Positions 38,517-50,979 of a stretch of DNA of 64,000 bases are shown one piece after another. Within the stretch, counting starts at the first letter, position 1; every line of letters starts with the position of its first letter. A program made the position numbers and the translations under genes. The stretch spans positions 1 through 64,000 of the forward strand of contig CM052816.1 in the NCBI GenBank assembly GCA_028534125.1, written 5' to 3'. The stretch is from Lama glama. Its lineage: Eukaryota. The notes under the pieces are model-generated. The model was not told the DNA's origin, ran no database searches, and saw only the letters and a list, made by a program, of their open reading frames with translations.

Positions 38517-40903
38517 GGGGAGGTGCCAAGATGGCAAAGTAGGGAGACTCACACCTCGCCCTCTCCCACAAATACAACAAGAATTACATCTGCATACCCA
38601 CTGAATCACACAGGGCACCTATCAAAATCTGGCCGAGTGTCTCTTGCTTCAAAATATAGGAGGATTCTCACAAAATCTGGTAAGACAAAAAAAGAAGACA
38701 AACTAAGAAAAAAAGCAGTGTGGAACCAGTCCTGCAGGGAAGAAATGGCAAAGGAAGAAAGGCACTCTTTCGCTGGGATGCCTCCTCAATTGCCAGGAGG
38801 TCAGTGGGAACAGGAGCTGACCTTCTGAGGCTCAGAGGAGAAAGTGGCATCTGCTTGACAGAACTAAGATAAACTGTCATGGAGGGTCTCTTTGACCCCC
38901 CAGCTCTAGATGTGAGCCAGCTAGGATTGGCTGCTGGAGATCAGTGTGGAGCCTGGGCAGAGGGCTGGGGCCCACTGCACTGAGGCAGCCTCAGGGGGAC
39001 TGGAGGGTGATGTGAGCTTTGGCTGAGGGTGCATGCAGAACAGAACAGCCTGGGCCCCCCCATATAAAAGCACCACTGCTGGTGTGCATGTGGGGGAGGA
39101 GTGCAGCACAGCCCTGCCATAGCCCCTGTCTCCCCTTGGCTTCAGTGTTGGTGTGTTCTTGTGAGAAGAGGGGTGGGGCTCGGTCATAGCCATTGCTGCT
39201 GTGTGAAGGTGGGGCTGAAAGCTGAATCCACAGAGCCAGAGAAATATAAGTAAAATGAAAAAGCAGAGGAACCACTCCCAATTAAAAGAACAAGAGAAAT
39301 CCCCTGAAAGAATGAACAATGGGATAGAACTTGACAGTGTACTAGATCATGACTTCAAAAAGGGAGTGATAAAAGCACTGAAGAAAATCAGAGAGGCTAT
39401 GAATAGAAACAGAGAACTCTATGAAAAGGAAATAGAAACTATAAAGAGGAGCCAATTAAAAACAGAAAACTCAATGGCTGAGATAAGAGCTGAGCTAAAG
39501 GCTGTCAAAAGCAGCACAGATAATGCAGAGGAATGAATAAGTGCCTTGGAAGGCAGGATAACAGAAATCACTCAATCAGAACAGCAGACAGAAAAGTAAG
39601 TAAAAACCAATGAAAACAATATAAGGGACCTATGGGATAATATAAAGTGTGCCAACTTACGCATAATAGGGGTCCCAGAAAGAGAAGAAAGAGGAAAGGA
39701 GATTGCAAACATATCTGAAGAAATCATGACAGAAAACTTGTCAAACCTAAAGGTGGAAATAGATATCCAAGTACAGGAAGAACAGAGGGTCCCAAATAAG
39801 AAGAATCCTAACAGAACGACACCAAGACATATTATAATTAAGATGGCCAAAGTTAAAGATAAAGAAATGATTTTAAAGGCAGCAAAAGAAAAACAAAGAG
39901 TCAGTTACAAAGGAACCCCCATAAGGCCTTCAGCAGATTTCTCTACACAAACACTGCAGGCCAGAAGGGAGTGGTAAGATGTATTCAAAGTCCTGAATGA
40001 GAAAAAGCTGCAACCTAGGATACTGTATCTGGCAAATCTCTCCTTTACAGTAGCAGGAGAGATAAAGAATTTCACAGACAAGAAGAAACTAGAAGAGTTC
40101 AGCAATAGTAAACCTATTCTAAAAGAAATATTGAAAGGTCATCTCTAAATAGAAAAGAAGCAGGAAGCTATAGAAATGAGAAAAACGTAAGTGGAAATGC
40201 GATAACTACAATGAGTTGCAAGAGAATAAAAATGAAGATGTTAAAAAAAAGACATCAAAATCATAAAAATTCAGAGAGGAGAGAAAGAAAATATAGATTT
40301 TTTTCTCTCTATTCTTTCCTTTTTTTCCTTAATTCTTTTTAGGATGTGTCTGAGGCTGCATGACTACCAATCTAAAGCAAACAGATATAAAATGGGGTTA
40401 ACATACTTGCAAAACAAGGTAACCACAATCAAAAGCATACAACAGAGTCACAAAACCCAAAAAGAAACCAAGCTAATACAAAAGAAAATTATCAAACCAG
40501 AAAAATACCATATGATGGTGGAATTTCATTATATGTGGAATCTAAAAAAAAGAAAGACAAAAGACAAACGAACTTATTTACAAAACAGAAACTAACTCAC
40601 GGACGTAGAAAACAAACTTATGGTTACCAGGGGTGGGAAAGGGGGCGGGAAGGGATAAATTGGGAGTTTGAGATTTGCAGGTATTAACTAATATATATAG
40701 AATAGATAAACAACCTAGTTCATGCTGTATAGCTCAGGAAACTATATTTGATATCTTGTAGTAACTTATGGCAAAAAAGAATATGAAAATGAATGTGTAT
40801 GTTCATGTATGACTGAAGCATTGTTCTGTACACCAGAAATTGACACAGCATTGTAAACAGACAATACTTCAATAAAATATATATATTTAAGAGGTTTTTT
40901 TTT
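38517..40903 (+). mobile_element. ORF1-only L1 derivative ('L1-B', HAL1-like) inserted just after the L1-A ORF2 stop
   Basis: 5' 'ggggaggtgccaagatggc'; disrupted ORF1 at 39255-40148; inter-ORF joined near 40498 to the last about 45 nt of ORF2; complete 3' UTR; TSD aaggcag at 38510-38516 and 40904-40910. Confidence 0.88.
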
Positions 40904-41227
40904 AAGGCAGAAATGAACTTATTTACAATACAGAAACAGACTCAGGGAGACAAACTTGTTACCAGGGGGGATGCAGGTGAAAAGGGATAAATTGGGAGTT
41001 CAAATTTGCAGATACTACTATATATGAAATAAACAAGTTTTTACTGTATAGCACAGGGAACTTTATTTAATATCTTATAGTAATGTATGATGAAAAAAAT
41101 ATGGAAAGGAATATATGTGTGTATATGTATAACTGAAAGATTATACTGTATGCCAAAAGTTGACACAGCATTGTAAACTGACTATACTTCAACAACAACA
41201 AAAAATAAATCAAATTTTTAAAAAAGA

Positions 41228-41515
41228 AGAAACCCCAACTAAATAGAGTCAGAAGAGCAGAAGAGGGAGCTCTAATGACCTGCTACTGCTCTTCTTTCCT
41301 GGAAAGGGCTCAGCCAATGAAAAGGCATAGACTCTTTGTTTACTGTAGCCCCCCCAACTTCCTTTTCCCTTCTATAAAAGCATTCCCCTACCTAGCCTTG
41401 CGGGGGCTGGCACGTGGCTCATCATGGTTGCAGACCTCAAATTCCAATTCTCTGCTGATCCTGAACAAACACATTTTTGCTGGAGAAATAACTGGCAGTC
41501 TACTTTAGGTCAACA
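41228..41515 (+). repeat. Main body of the ERV 5' LTR
   Basis: Aligns to about 47332-47631; contains 'ccaat' and 'tataaaa' motifs; ends '...ttaggtcaaca'. Confidence 0.9.
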
Positions 41516-41518
41516 TTT

Positions 41519-41536
41519 TGGTGGCCCACGTGGGGA
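41519..41536 (+). promoter_or_regulatory. ERV primer-binding site, tRNA-Ile-like
   Basis: TGGTGGCCCACGTGGGGA starts 3 nt after the LTR; 14/18 match to the recalled tRNA-Ile(AAU) complement TGGTGGCCCGTACGGGGA, all mismatches being transitions. Confidence 0.7.
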
Positions 41537-42143
41537 TCAGAAAAGACCCCTGAAGGCTCTGAGGTTGGTAAGTAAACAGGTGTGGAACTTCATTGTAGTT
41601 CACTACTTTTCCTGCTGACGCTGGGGTTTGAAGGTACATCTTTCTCCTGGATCTGAGCTTATGCTCTCTTTGCATTTTGCAGCTCTCCAGGTTTTATTTG
41701 GGATCTATTTTAAGGTTTGGTCCTTTCTGGTTAAGGCTTTGTTCTGTATGTGAGTATTCATTTGGCACTTCAGTCTGATTTTGAAATCAGAGTGTTTCAC
41801 TGGAACTGTGATAACCTCCAGTCCATTCCCTTTGGAACGGGGGCTATTTCTCCTGGCACTGGCTAGTCTTCAACCCATTCCTTTGGAAGTGGGGGTGGGG
41901 GTGGTTGAAGAGGGCTGGTTCATTGGAACTATGCCAATTCAGCCTTCCGCCCATTCCTTTCTGAGCCTTAAGCCTGGCTTCTCCAGTACCAAGCTGCTCC
42001 CTTAGAAGTGGCTGGTGTTAAGCCTGCAGGCTGTTTGAGTTGCAAGCTGTCTGAGCTATCAGATCTGTTTAAACTGTTTGAATTGTTATCTGTGTAGGCC
42101 ATTTGAAAATTATCCTTTCCCTCTGGAGAAGAAACTCTGATAA

Positions 42144-43330
42144 ATGGGATCCCAGTTAACTAAACATTTTGAGGTTGTCCCCTGCACACAAGGACTTTGG
42201 CTGATTTTGTGCTTAAAAACAAAAAAAACAAAAAAACCCACAGTCCTCCCTCATGTACAGTTCTGAATAAGTGGATCAATCTAACCAAAGGCAATTTAGA
42301 ACTTCAATGACCATTATGGGAAATTTTGAAATCCCCAAATTTAATTTTCTTAAAACTGAATTAGACTAGCATAGCTCTAAAATTTCCAAAACTGAATGGA
42401 ATGCCTATTTTGATTGGTATTTTAAGGCTATTCCCTTAAATAAGTTCCCTTAGCTTCATTCTCTCAAAGAATTTCATTTTTCTCTGAAACTCTCTCCACT
42501 CCCTTTTCCTCTGAATTTATCGGAGTCCATTTCTTTAAAATTAAGCCTTCTGAGGATCCAGAGGATAAATTCTTAATTTTTTTATATTCTCTGGACTAAA
42601 GCTGAACTACAAGCCATGGTCAAAGAATCTCCCAAAGCAATGAAAGATCCTCACATATTTTCTGAGGAAGTTAATATAGTCATTCAACTTAACCAACTTG
42701 GCTTCTCTGACTTACACCAGCTAATTCATTTGCTTGTCAGTAAAGCTCAGGCCCAGCATTAGATGAATACTGCTAACTGGGAAAACCTTGAAAGGTCTCT
42801 AATATTAACACCAGAAGATCAGCCTACTAACCTATTATATGATCAGGCTCAGGCAATCACTCGGCAACTTCATTGGACAATTCCTAGGGCTTGTCCAAAG
42901 CCTGTTGAGTGTAACAAAATTCAGGCTTATACACCGAAATCTAACAAACATATTCACGACTTTTATAATTGACTTCAGATTATTTTTTAAAAAAAAATTC
43001 TGGTCTTCTTTCAGATGTTGATTCCACCGGGGTAGCTTTTAACCCTGTTTATTTATGACTGAATCAGGGCCTTTCCCTTCTAGTTAAAAAAGACCAGGAT
43101 GGAATGGGGAACTGTGTGTAATCCACATTTAGTTAATATGGCAAACACATTTTTTCACACTCTAGATGAGTCGCCTAAAAAGGAAGATTGCTAAAATTCT
43201 TCATTTTCAACTCCAGCAAAAAAAGGCCCCTAAAAGAAATCAAAACTCTCCTAATTCCTGCTGTTATTGCAAAGCAATAATACTGGAAAAGAGACTGTTA
43301 CAAATTTAAGTGCTTCAGGCACCTTTAGTC
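42144..43330 (+). pseudogene. ERV gag remnant
   Basis: Starts MGSQLTK; matrix-like 'NLTKGNLELQ*PLW'; capsid-like 'WTKAELQAMVKESPKAMKDPHIFSEEVNIVIQ'; degenerate zinc knuckle near 43257-43305 (C..C...WKRDC). Confidence 0.75.
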
Positions 43331-44605
43331 CTTTAACCAACATTTCCAACGTCCCTCCAGTTCTCAGTGATGAGGCTCCAAGGAACTACAGAGGGTTCCT
43401 CCCAATCTTCTCTCCTAATCAGCTTGGAGAAACACTTCTCCAGATTAGGGATGAATCTCCTCCAGTTCTGATTGACAACAGAGCCACACTTCCACTGCTA
43501 ACCCACTACTATAAAGCAGCTCTTGACTTGGAGCAACAAAACAGTTCACATAGTGGCGATCTCTTCCGAACCTCCTCAGGTTCCTATTTCTGAACCTATC
43601 CCCTTTTGTTTAGGTCTTCTGGGAGGGCCACCCCCTTTTCTCTTCAGTTCCTCTGCCCCTACCCATTTATTAGGCAAAGACTTCTTAAAGAAGTATCATG
43701 CTGGAATTTCTTTCTCCAAAAAGGATGAAATAATTCTGGAATTAAATAGTGGTCATAAAAGAAACCAACCAGGTGAGTTGAATGACCTTCTGACACTTTT
43801 TATTTGCTGTCTCTGATGGTAGAACTGGAACTAGTGATCAGTTGTCCTTATTGAATCAACTGTCATTCCACTTTTGGGTAAAATCTCCAACTGATTTTGG
43901 CAAAATTCATATCAAGATCAAATATATCCTTCAAAACCTCTTCCCAGAATGTACACATATAGTAATATAAGTAAAGAAGCCCGTTAAGGCGCAACGTCCA
44001 TAATAGAAGATTACAAAGCTCAAGACCTTATTGTCCCTTTTACTAGCCCCTGTAGCACTCCTGTTTTATTGATAACATCTAATGGCCAAGGGTGAGGTTT
44101 GTCCAGGACCTCTGGGCAATAAACCGCATAGTTAAATCCCTTGACACCCTTTTGTTCCTAATCCTCATACTAGCATCCATTCCCACCAGAAGCAAATTCT
44201 TTACTGTAACTGATTTTTACAGGGCATCCTTTAGTACTCCAGCTGATAAAGCTATCCAATACCTTTTTGCCTTCTCTTGGGAAGAAAAACAATTCACCTG
44301 GTCAGTAATGCCTCAGGGTTTTACTGAGGGTCCTTATTTCTCATGAATCCTGAAGGCTGATCTGGATGATACAAAATTCCCTAGGGATTCTACTAAATTG
44401 CAATGTGTGGATAATTTGCTTCATTGCTTTTCTCAAGCCTCCTCGCAGGGAGACAGCATCCACTTATTAATTAAAGCTTTTAGCCTTAAAGAGATATAAG
44501 GTCATCAAAGAAAAATTATGGTTTGACCAAACCCAGCTTTGATATTTAGGGCATCTGACATCAGAATAAGGGGTACGCCTAGATCCTAATAGGCTTCATG
44601 GTATC

Positions 44606-45105
44606 NNNNNNNNNNNNNNNNNNNNNNNNNNNNNNNNNNNNNNNNNNNNNNNNNNNNNNNNNNNNNNNNNNNNNNNNNNNNNNNNNNNNNNNNNNNNNNN
44701 NNNNNNNNNNNNNNNNNNNNNNNNNNNNNNNNNNNNNNNNNNNNNNNNNNNNNNNNNNNNNNNNNNNNNNNNNNNNNNNNNNNNNNNNNNNNNNNNNNNN
44801 NNNNNNNNNNNNNNNNNNNNNNNNNNNNNNNNNNNNNNNNNNNNNNNNNNNNNNNNNNNNNNNNNNNNNNNNNNNNNNNNNNNNNNNNNNNNNNNNNNNN
44901 NNNNNNNNNNNNNNNNNNNNNNNNNNNNNNNNNNNNNNNNNNNNNNNNNNNNNNNNNNNNNNNNNNNNNNNNNNNNNNNNNNNNNNNNNNNNNNNNNNNN
45001 NNNNNNNNNNNNNNNNNNNNNNNNNNNNNNNNNNNNNNNNNNNNNNNNNNNNNNNNNNNNNNNNNNNNNNNNNNNNNNNNNNNNNNNNNNNNNNNNNNNN
45101 NNNNN
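44606..45105. other. Assembly gap (500 N)
   Basis: Run of N. Confidence 1.
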
Positions 45106-45506
45106 TTAGAGCACTTTTCCACAGGCCCCCTTCCTAAACACCCTCAGTCCCAGGCACAAGAATATTAGGAGATACAGGTCATTGATTCCCAAGTCCAGAG
45201 ATAAACAACATGCCCAACTGAAGGAAGGGGACCAGAAGGAGATCATTGTATCTGCAAAATCAAGAAACATTGCAACAATTTGTTACCCTGTGTGTGATCT
45301 CTATGGAAACCAGCACCATCCCTTGAAATTTTGTTATAAAACCTCCTTCCTTCTCTCCCCATCAGACTCATAGTCTTAGAGGCATTAGACCACTGTGACC
45401 TCCTTTGCCTGGCAAAGAAATAAAGCTGTCCTTTCTGCTTCATACAAAACCCTATCCTTGAGTCTCAATTCAGTAATCAGGGTAGGGAGGCAGATTTTCA
45501 GCAACA
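45106..45506 (+). mobile_element. Unrelated LTR (5' end hidden in the gap) inserted in ERV pol
   Basis: TATAAAA near 45336, AATAAA at 45419-45424, ends '...cagcaaca'; RNase H coding remnant resumes at 45507. Confidence 0.75.
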
Positions 45507-47298
45507 CTTCCAGAGTGGCCCATGACTTTGAAATATTGGTGGAAGCAACGTGGCTTCCTTACTTCCAGTAGAAATAAAATTTAAAATGGCCCCTATGTTT
45601 AGGAATTATTGGATACAACAATTTTACCTGATGCTTTAGCTATTATGAAGATTCTGGAGCATACTAAACTTAACTCTCTGGAAGCTAAGGGAAAGCACCT
45701 TGCTGACACTCCTGCAAGGAATGTTGTACTTAAAGGAACAAACTGCAGCCAAACCTCTGCTGTGGTCCAAAGGAATATTGCCCCAAAGGATAACTTTGAA
45801 AAACTGGCCAGAGAATCCCAACAATTGGGCTCAGAAGAGGAAAAACAAAGATTGGAAATCCAACAATTATTGGTTCAATAAAAAGAGAAAACTCTGGTTC
45901 AGACCAAATAACAGCCCAGTCCTACCAGAGACTCTAAAATTCCCACTCATCACCACTGTACATACATGAAACCATCTGTCTACTGACAAAATGATAGCCT
46001 TCAGGAGTTGATGTTGGTGGGGAAACATTAACAGGGCTGCAAAAATTGCCTACCTCACTTGCCCTGCTTGTCCAAAACACAACCAGGAAAGCCTGTTTGT
46101 ACCGCTCCTGGACATTTTAAACTACCTAATGGACAATTTGAGGTCTGGAAAATGGATTTCATATGACTTTCTCCATCTAGTGGATATAAATATGTTTTAG
46201 TCATGGTCTGTATGTTTGCACAGTGGACTGAAGCCTTCCCTTGCAGACAGGCTACAGCCTCTTCTGTGGCTAAAGCCCTTTTGGAAAAAATTACCCCTAC
46301 CTGGGGAACTCCTCTGGAACCCACAGTGATCAAGGAGCCCATTTTACTGGTCAGGTACTTTGACAGGTCTGTACTGGTTGGATGGCTTTACAGCACTTTT
46401 ACTATGCTTACCACCCTCAGGCCTCTGGTTTAGTTGAACACACTAATGGCATTATTAAGACTCAGGAGGCAAAATTTGTAGAAGTCTTCCAAATACCTTG
46501 GCCAAAAGCATTGCTATTTGTTCTTTTAAATTTCATACCCACTCCTTTTGGAATTCATGAATTCTCACCCATTAAGATAGTCACAGGATGCCCAATGTAC
46601 TCACCTCCTGCCTCTTTTGACCCACTACTGATAAAAGGAGAGCTACTTCAATATTGCAAAGACCTAATTGCTTCTATTAAAAATAACCACGTTCTGGTAG
46701 CACAGTCTTTTCCCACTGCATTCTCAAGAGATGACTACCTCAAGTATCATACCTTGAAACAGGGAGACTCTGTCTATTGGAAAATGTACCTCCAGAAAGA
46801 CTCACTTTAGCCTCACTAAAAAGGCCCCATCAGACACTTCTAACCAACTCTGTGCCACCAAATTCCAGGGAATAGACCCTTGGATTCATATAACACACCC
46901 AAAGAAAGCATCAAACACTAACTTGAACCGCACATCATCTGGTGACCTGAAAGTAAAGAGTTCCTGGAATTGAAGCAGATAATATATGATGAGACAGCTT
47001 TTCTAAGATATCTGGACCAGGTCTGTTTGGAGTTTGTCACCAAACCTTTGATGATGACATAATGATTCAGATAATCTCCAAGGTCTGTTATCTTGATAGA
47101 AATTGCTCGAGATTTCTCCTTTCTACAGCTCCTTGTTACTTGAACGTGACCTCAGTAGGTTTCCAATCTGTGCCCTTTCCCTCCAGCGTGAAACATTACA
47201 CCCAGGAAAGGTCCTTCCTGGCACATAGGGAGAAAAAGCTCCTGATACCGGAAAAGTTGACTTTTGATCTGGAATGCTTTCAGAGAAGGGTCTTGATC

Positions 47299-47311
47299 AA
47301 AGGGGGAGAAA
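47299..47311 (+). promoter_or_regulatory. ERV polypurine tract
   Basis: 'aaagggggagaaa' lies immediately before the TG of the 3' LTR. Confidence 0.85.
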
Positions 47312-47631
47312 TGTAAAAAAAAATTAATAAACAGAAATATCAACCAAATAGAGCTGGGAGATCAGAAAGGAGGGCTCTCATGCCTTCTGACAATAGCGCT
47401 GCCCAACAGGAAGAAGAAAGACTCCTCTTCTTTCCTGGCAAGGACTCAGCCAAAGGAAAGCTATAGACTTCTCGTTTACCATAGCTCTCCCAACTTCCTT
47501 TTCCTCGGCTGTGCAGGAACTTGCATGTGGCTTGCCATGGTTGCAGACCCTGACTTTCAATTCTTTGCTGATCCCAAATAAACTCATCTTTGCTGGAGAA
47601 AAACTGGCAGTCCATTTGTTTTAGGTCAGCA
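47312..47631 (+). repeat. ERV 3' LTR
   Basis: TG...CA termini, an AATAAA near 47577, and homology to 31394-31412 plus 41228-41515. Confidence 0.9.
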
Positions 47632-50144
47632 GGACTCCAGCCAAAAGTCAGTGGCCTTAGAAGATAGGCCATGAGACGGGGGGTTCACCAAATAGCTCTC
47701 TGGTTGGAATGGGCCACATCCAAGTCTCCTCTTCCTGGGAGTCCCCGCCTGCCCTCTGGATCTGGTTGAGACTAAAGACCCAGGAGAGCAGGGCTGAGGA
47801 GACAGGAGCATGCTGCTCCGCCTGCTCCCAGGGCTTGGAATGTGGAATGAGCAAAGGATCAGGTTTCCTCATTTGCCTGACAAGTTCACTTAACCAGTGG
47901 GAGCTGAGCCCTGCTCTAATGGGAACCAGCTGTGGGAGGGGGAAGCTGTGTCTGGAAGGAGCATAGGCCACGTACTCAGTACCCAAGTCATCTCCCAGGG
48001 AAGTCTCAGTGTAGCCCTCCTTCTAGAGCTGGGGAAACTCAGACCCAGGGAGGTGGGCCACAGCACACCCATGTCCAGGGCTCCTCCACACAGACAGCAA
48101 CTGGGGATCCTTGGGCAAGCAGATGGCTGCTCCTTTAGGTCACTGCCCAGAGTAACTGTCCTCAGGTCCAGGCAAAGCTCCTCACTCAACAAGGCTGACC
48201 CAGCTTCCCACCCAGCCCTCCTTGCCCAGAACCTACCAGTCTGGTCTCCATGAACCCTGGGGTCAGACCTGGATGTTCTGGCTTGCCCTCATTTGCTTCC
48301 CTTCCCTTTAGTACAGTCATAGCTTCCCCTCCAGCCAGGGCACCCAGGAGTGAGGAGTGTTTCTTCCCATGCCAGGTCTTGGGGGCACACAGGCCTTGTA
48401 TATTGGAAATAATTCACAGGTCTGTCAGCTTCGAGTTGTTTCTGGGAAAGATGGTAGCCTTGGTGTGGGGAGTGTAACCCCAGCAGCCTGCCACCAGCAG
48501 TAGAAGAATGCAGGCTTATCCCAGCTGCCTGATCTAACCCTACCACACGATCTTTAGCCCTACACATCCTCAAATCCAGCTCTTACTACCTTGTACTAAC
48601 TATGTATCAGTTAAATTTGCCGCATAACAAAACATCCCCAAACTTGGTGGTTTAGGTCAGATATGTCTCTTTTCTCACAAATCTTTGGTTTCCTATGTGG
48701 CTTGACCTGAGCTGAGTATTAGGATGGCCTCACTCAGGTGTCTAGACAGGGCCAGGACAGGGGTCAGGGGCCTGGGTGGTAATGGAGTTACAGCTCAGTG
48801 GGGCTTCAAGTTTGGCCAAGCTTTCCTGGAAAGGGCTGGGGCCTGTGATGAGGGACTGTGGTGTGGTGAGAGGTAGAGAAAGGCTGCCCATGGCCTGGTT
48901 TAGGCCTGACAGAGGTTTTAGGCAGGGGGCAGGACTGAGCTGCTAGGCCCAGGCTCTGAGCAGAGGGGCATGGATCAGACCCGAGGGGCAATGATGACCA
49001 CAGCCGGGGCTGACGCCTGGCCCCAGGACCCCATAGCCACTTGCAGTCACTCTGGGTCTGTTGCAGGGCCAGGCTTCTTCCTGGACTCCTAGGTGTGTCC
49101 TGGGTCTGTCTGTCTGGCATGGAGCTTATGGGGGCTAAGGGTGGATAGGGGGCACTGAGGGCATGGTCCAAGCTGTGAGTAGGCTGGTCCCCGGGCAGAA
49201 GGCCAGTACTGTTGCCGACATTTTCCTGCTATGCTGGCCTCAGATAGCAACTCCAGGGGATTGTAGGTAGCCTGATCCGAGCCTACCTCGTGGCTTATCC
49301 ACCGCATGGACCCTGACAGAGGCCCACAAGGCCCAGCATGTGTGGCAGGGAATCCTCAGAATGGCTCCTAGGAGAGGATATCCAGCGGAGCACAGGGCTG
49401 GGGGCAGAGAAATCCCCCACAAGGCAGTTCCCTGGGGACGGCCTGAGTCCCCCCACCTAGGGGCACCAACCATGCCAGCTGGGGGCCAGGTGGCTTTGCA
49501 GAAACAAGGGTGAGGCCCCACACACCCAGGCCCATGAAATGGAAAGAACAGTCAAGGGGGTTCTGTGGGGCCACAGGGGACTCTGGGCCAAGAGGAACAG
49601 AGGAAGAGGCATAAATGCAGGGGGTGTGAAGTACTAGTGGGGCAGCCCGAGATGTAGGAGGGAACTTGGGGGGATGGAAGGAGCAGGTCAATGGGGGACA
49701 AGTGGGAAGAGGAGGAAGGGACATGGAGGATGAAAGAAGCAGGCCTATGGGGGACATCTGGGGGTGTAGAAGGGGACATGATGGTAAAAGGAGAGGGCCT
49801 TGGAGGGGACAGCCCAGGGGTGCAAGATGGGTCATGGCATTGGAAGAGGCAACCCATGGGAGGACAGGAGACATGAAGGATGCAGGAGGGAACATGGCCA
49901 AGGAAGACAAAGGATGCTAGAAGGGACTCGGGATGGGGTGAGAGGGGGGCATAAGCCTGTGGTGAACAGTCAGTGGGGCTAGAATGAGCAGGCCTGTGGG
50001 GAACAGATGAGGGGACAAGAGGGGAACATGGGGGGTGGAAGGAGCAGCCTTCCAGTCCCCACCAACATTGACTCATGAAGGCTATCATATTGTCAAGGGC
50101 CCACCTTTACAAACAACAGTAAATTCCCCTGGTTTTCATGAGCT

Positions 50145-50435
50145 GCGGCAGAAGCCAGCAAACATTTTCTCTGAAGGGCCAGAGGCCTGGGCAGAGAAAC
50201 AACCCTCATCTCTATGGCTGGCTCAGAAAAGCAGCCAGGATGATCCATAAATGATTGAGCCTGACTAAATTTCAATAAAACTCTTTTCATGCATACTGAA
50301 ATTTGAAATTTCATATAATTTTCACATGTCATGATATAATCTACTTTTTTCCCCCATTCATTGAAAAGCATAAAACCATTCTTAGATGGCAGGCAATCCC
50401 AAAGCAGATGTGAACCAGAGGGCTGACTCTTGAGC
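50145..50435 (+). mobile_element. MER58B-like remnant
   Basis: 'cagaagccagcaaacattttctctgaagggccag...ttcaataaaactc...aatttgaaatttcatataattttcacatgtcatga'. Confidence 0.65.
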
Positions 50436-50979
50436 TAGAGTGACGAAGCTTTTTAAAAATAATAACGTGCAAATTAAATAATATGCAATAATCAGCTGGC
50501 CATTGAGATGGGCAACTGTGTGCACTGCTGGCAAGTACTGTCAGGCACCCCAGATTCTTCTAGGAAACTCCTTGGCAGTGTAATGGTGGGAGTTTAAGCC
50601 AGTAAAGTCTTTTTAGGGGAATTTGACAGTGCCCTTCAACTTTTAAACATGCTGACCTTCCAACCAGCAATTGTGTTAAAAAAAAATCCATCCCATAGGA
50701 ATATGTGTTGAGAGTGCCAGAATGCAGCATTATTTGTAAGAGTGGAAAACTGATTTTATTTGGGGGTTACTGAGATAGCTAGCATCTGTGAAAGGATGTG
50801 TTGGTTGTGTGGTGCATCCTTCTGTATGCTAAGTGGGATCACATCCATTTCCACCTGTAGCTACACATACTGCCCTCCTGGTGGGCGCAAGGGCTGGGGC
50901 CTCTCCCTCATCGTGGAGAAGCTGGGACAGTCTTAGTTGCAAGGCTGTGGAGATGGAGAGGCAAGGGGAGGGGGTGCCT

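Larger units (their letters stand above)
31653..41227 (+). mobile_element. Full-length inactive LINE-1 ('L1-A') carrying a SINE and a second L1 derivative
   Basis: 5' start 'gagatggcagagtagaaggac', about 1.6 kb 5' UTR, ORF1, ORF2, and a 3' UTR resuming at 40911; TSD agaaaaccc (31644-31652) / agaaacccc (41228-41236). Confidence 0.92.
43370..46975 (+). pseudogene. ERV pro-pol remnant (protease, RT, RNase H, integrase)
   Basis: Protease VLIDNRAT and HLLGKDFL; RT SPCSTPVL, RFVQDLWAIN, FTWSVMPQGFTEGP and LQCVDNLL (YVDD decayed); RNase H KQRGFLTS; integrase WTEAFPCRQATA and YHPQASGLVEHTNGIIK. Interrupted by a gap and a foreign LTR. Confidence 0.9.
31394..47631 (+). mobile_element. Decayed class I (ERV1) endogenous retrovirus, LTR-gag-pro-pol-LTR, 5' LTR interrupted by nested L1s
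   Basis: Paired LTRs, PBS, PPT and gag/pro/RT/RNaseH/IN motifs; candidate 4-bp TSD gggc (31390-31393) / ggac (47632-47635). Confidence 0.85.

Noticed and set aside
31653..41227. L1-A as a potentially active element
   Set aside because: Multiple stops and frameshifts in both ORFs, a mutated RT catalytic motif and a SINE inside ORF2.
46382..46810. 142-aa integrase ORF as a domesticated gene
   Set aside because: A partial domain in an otherwise heavily decayed pol; its length is compatible with chance survival.
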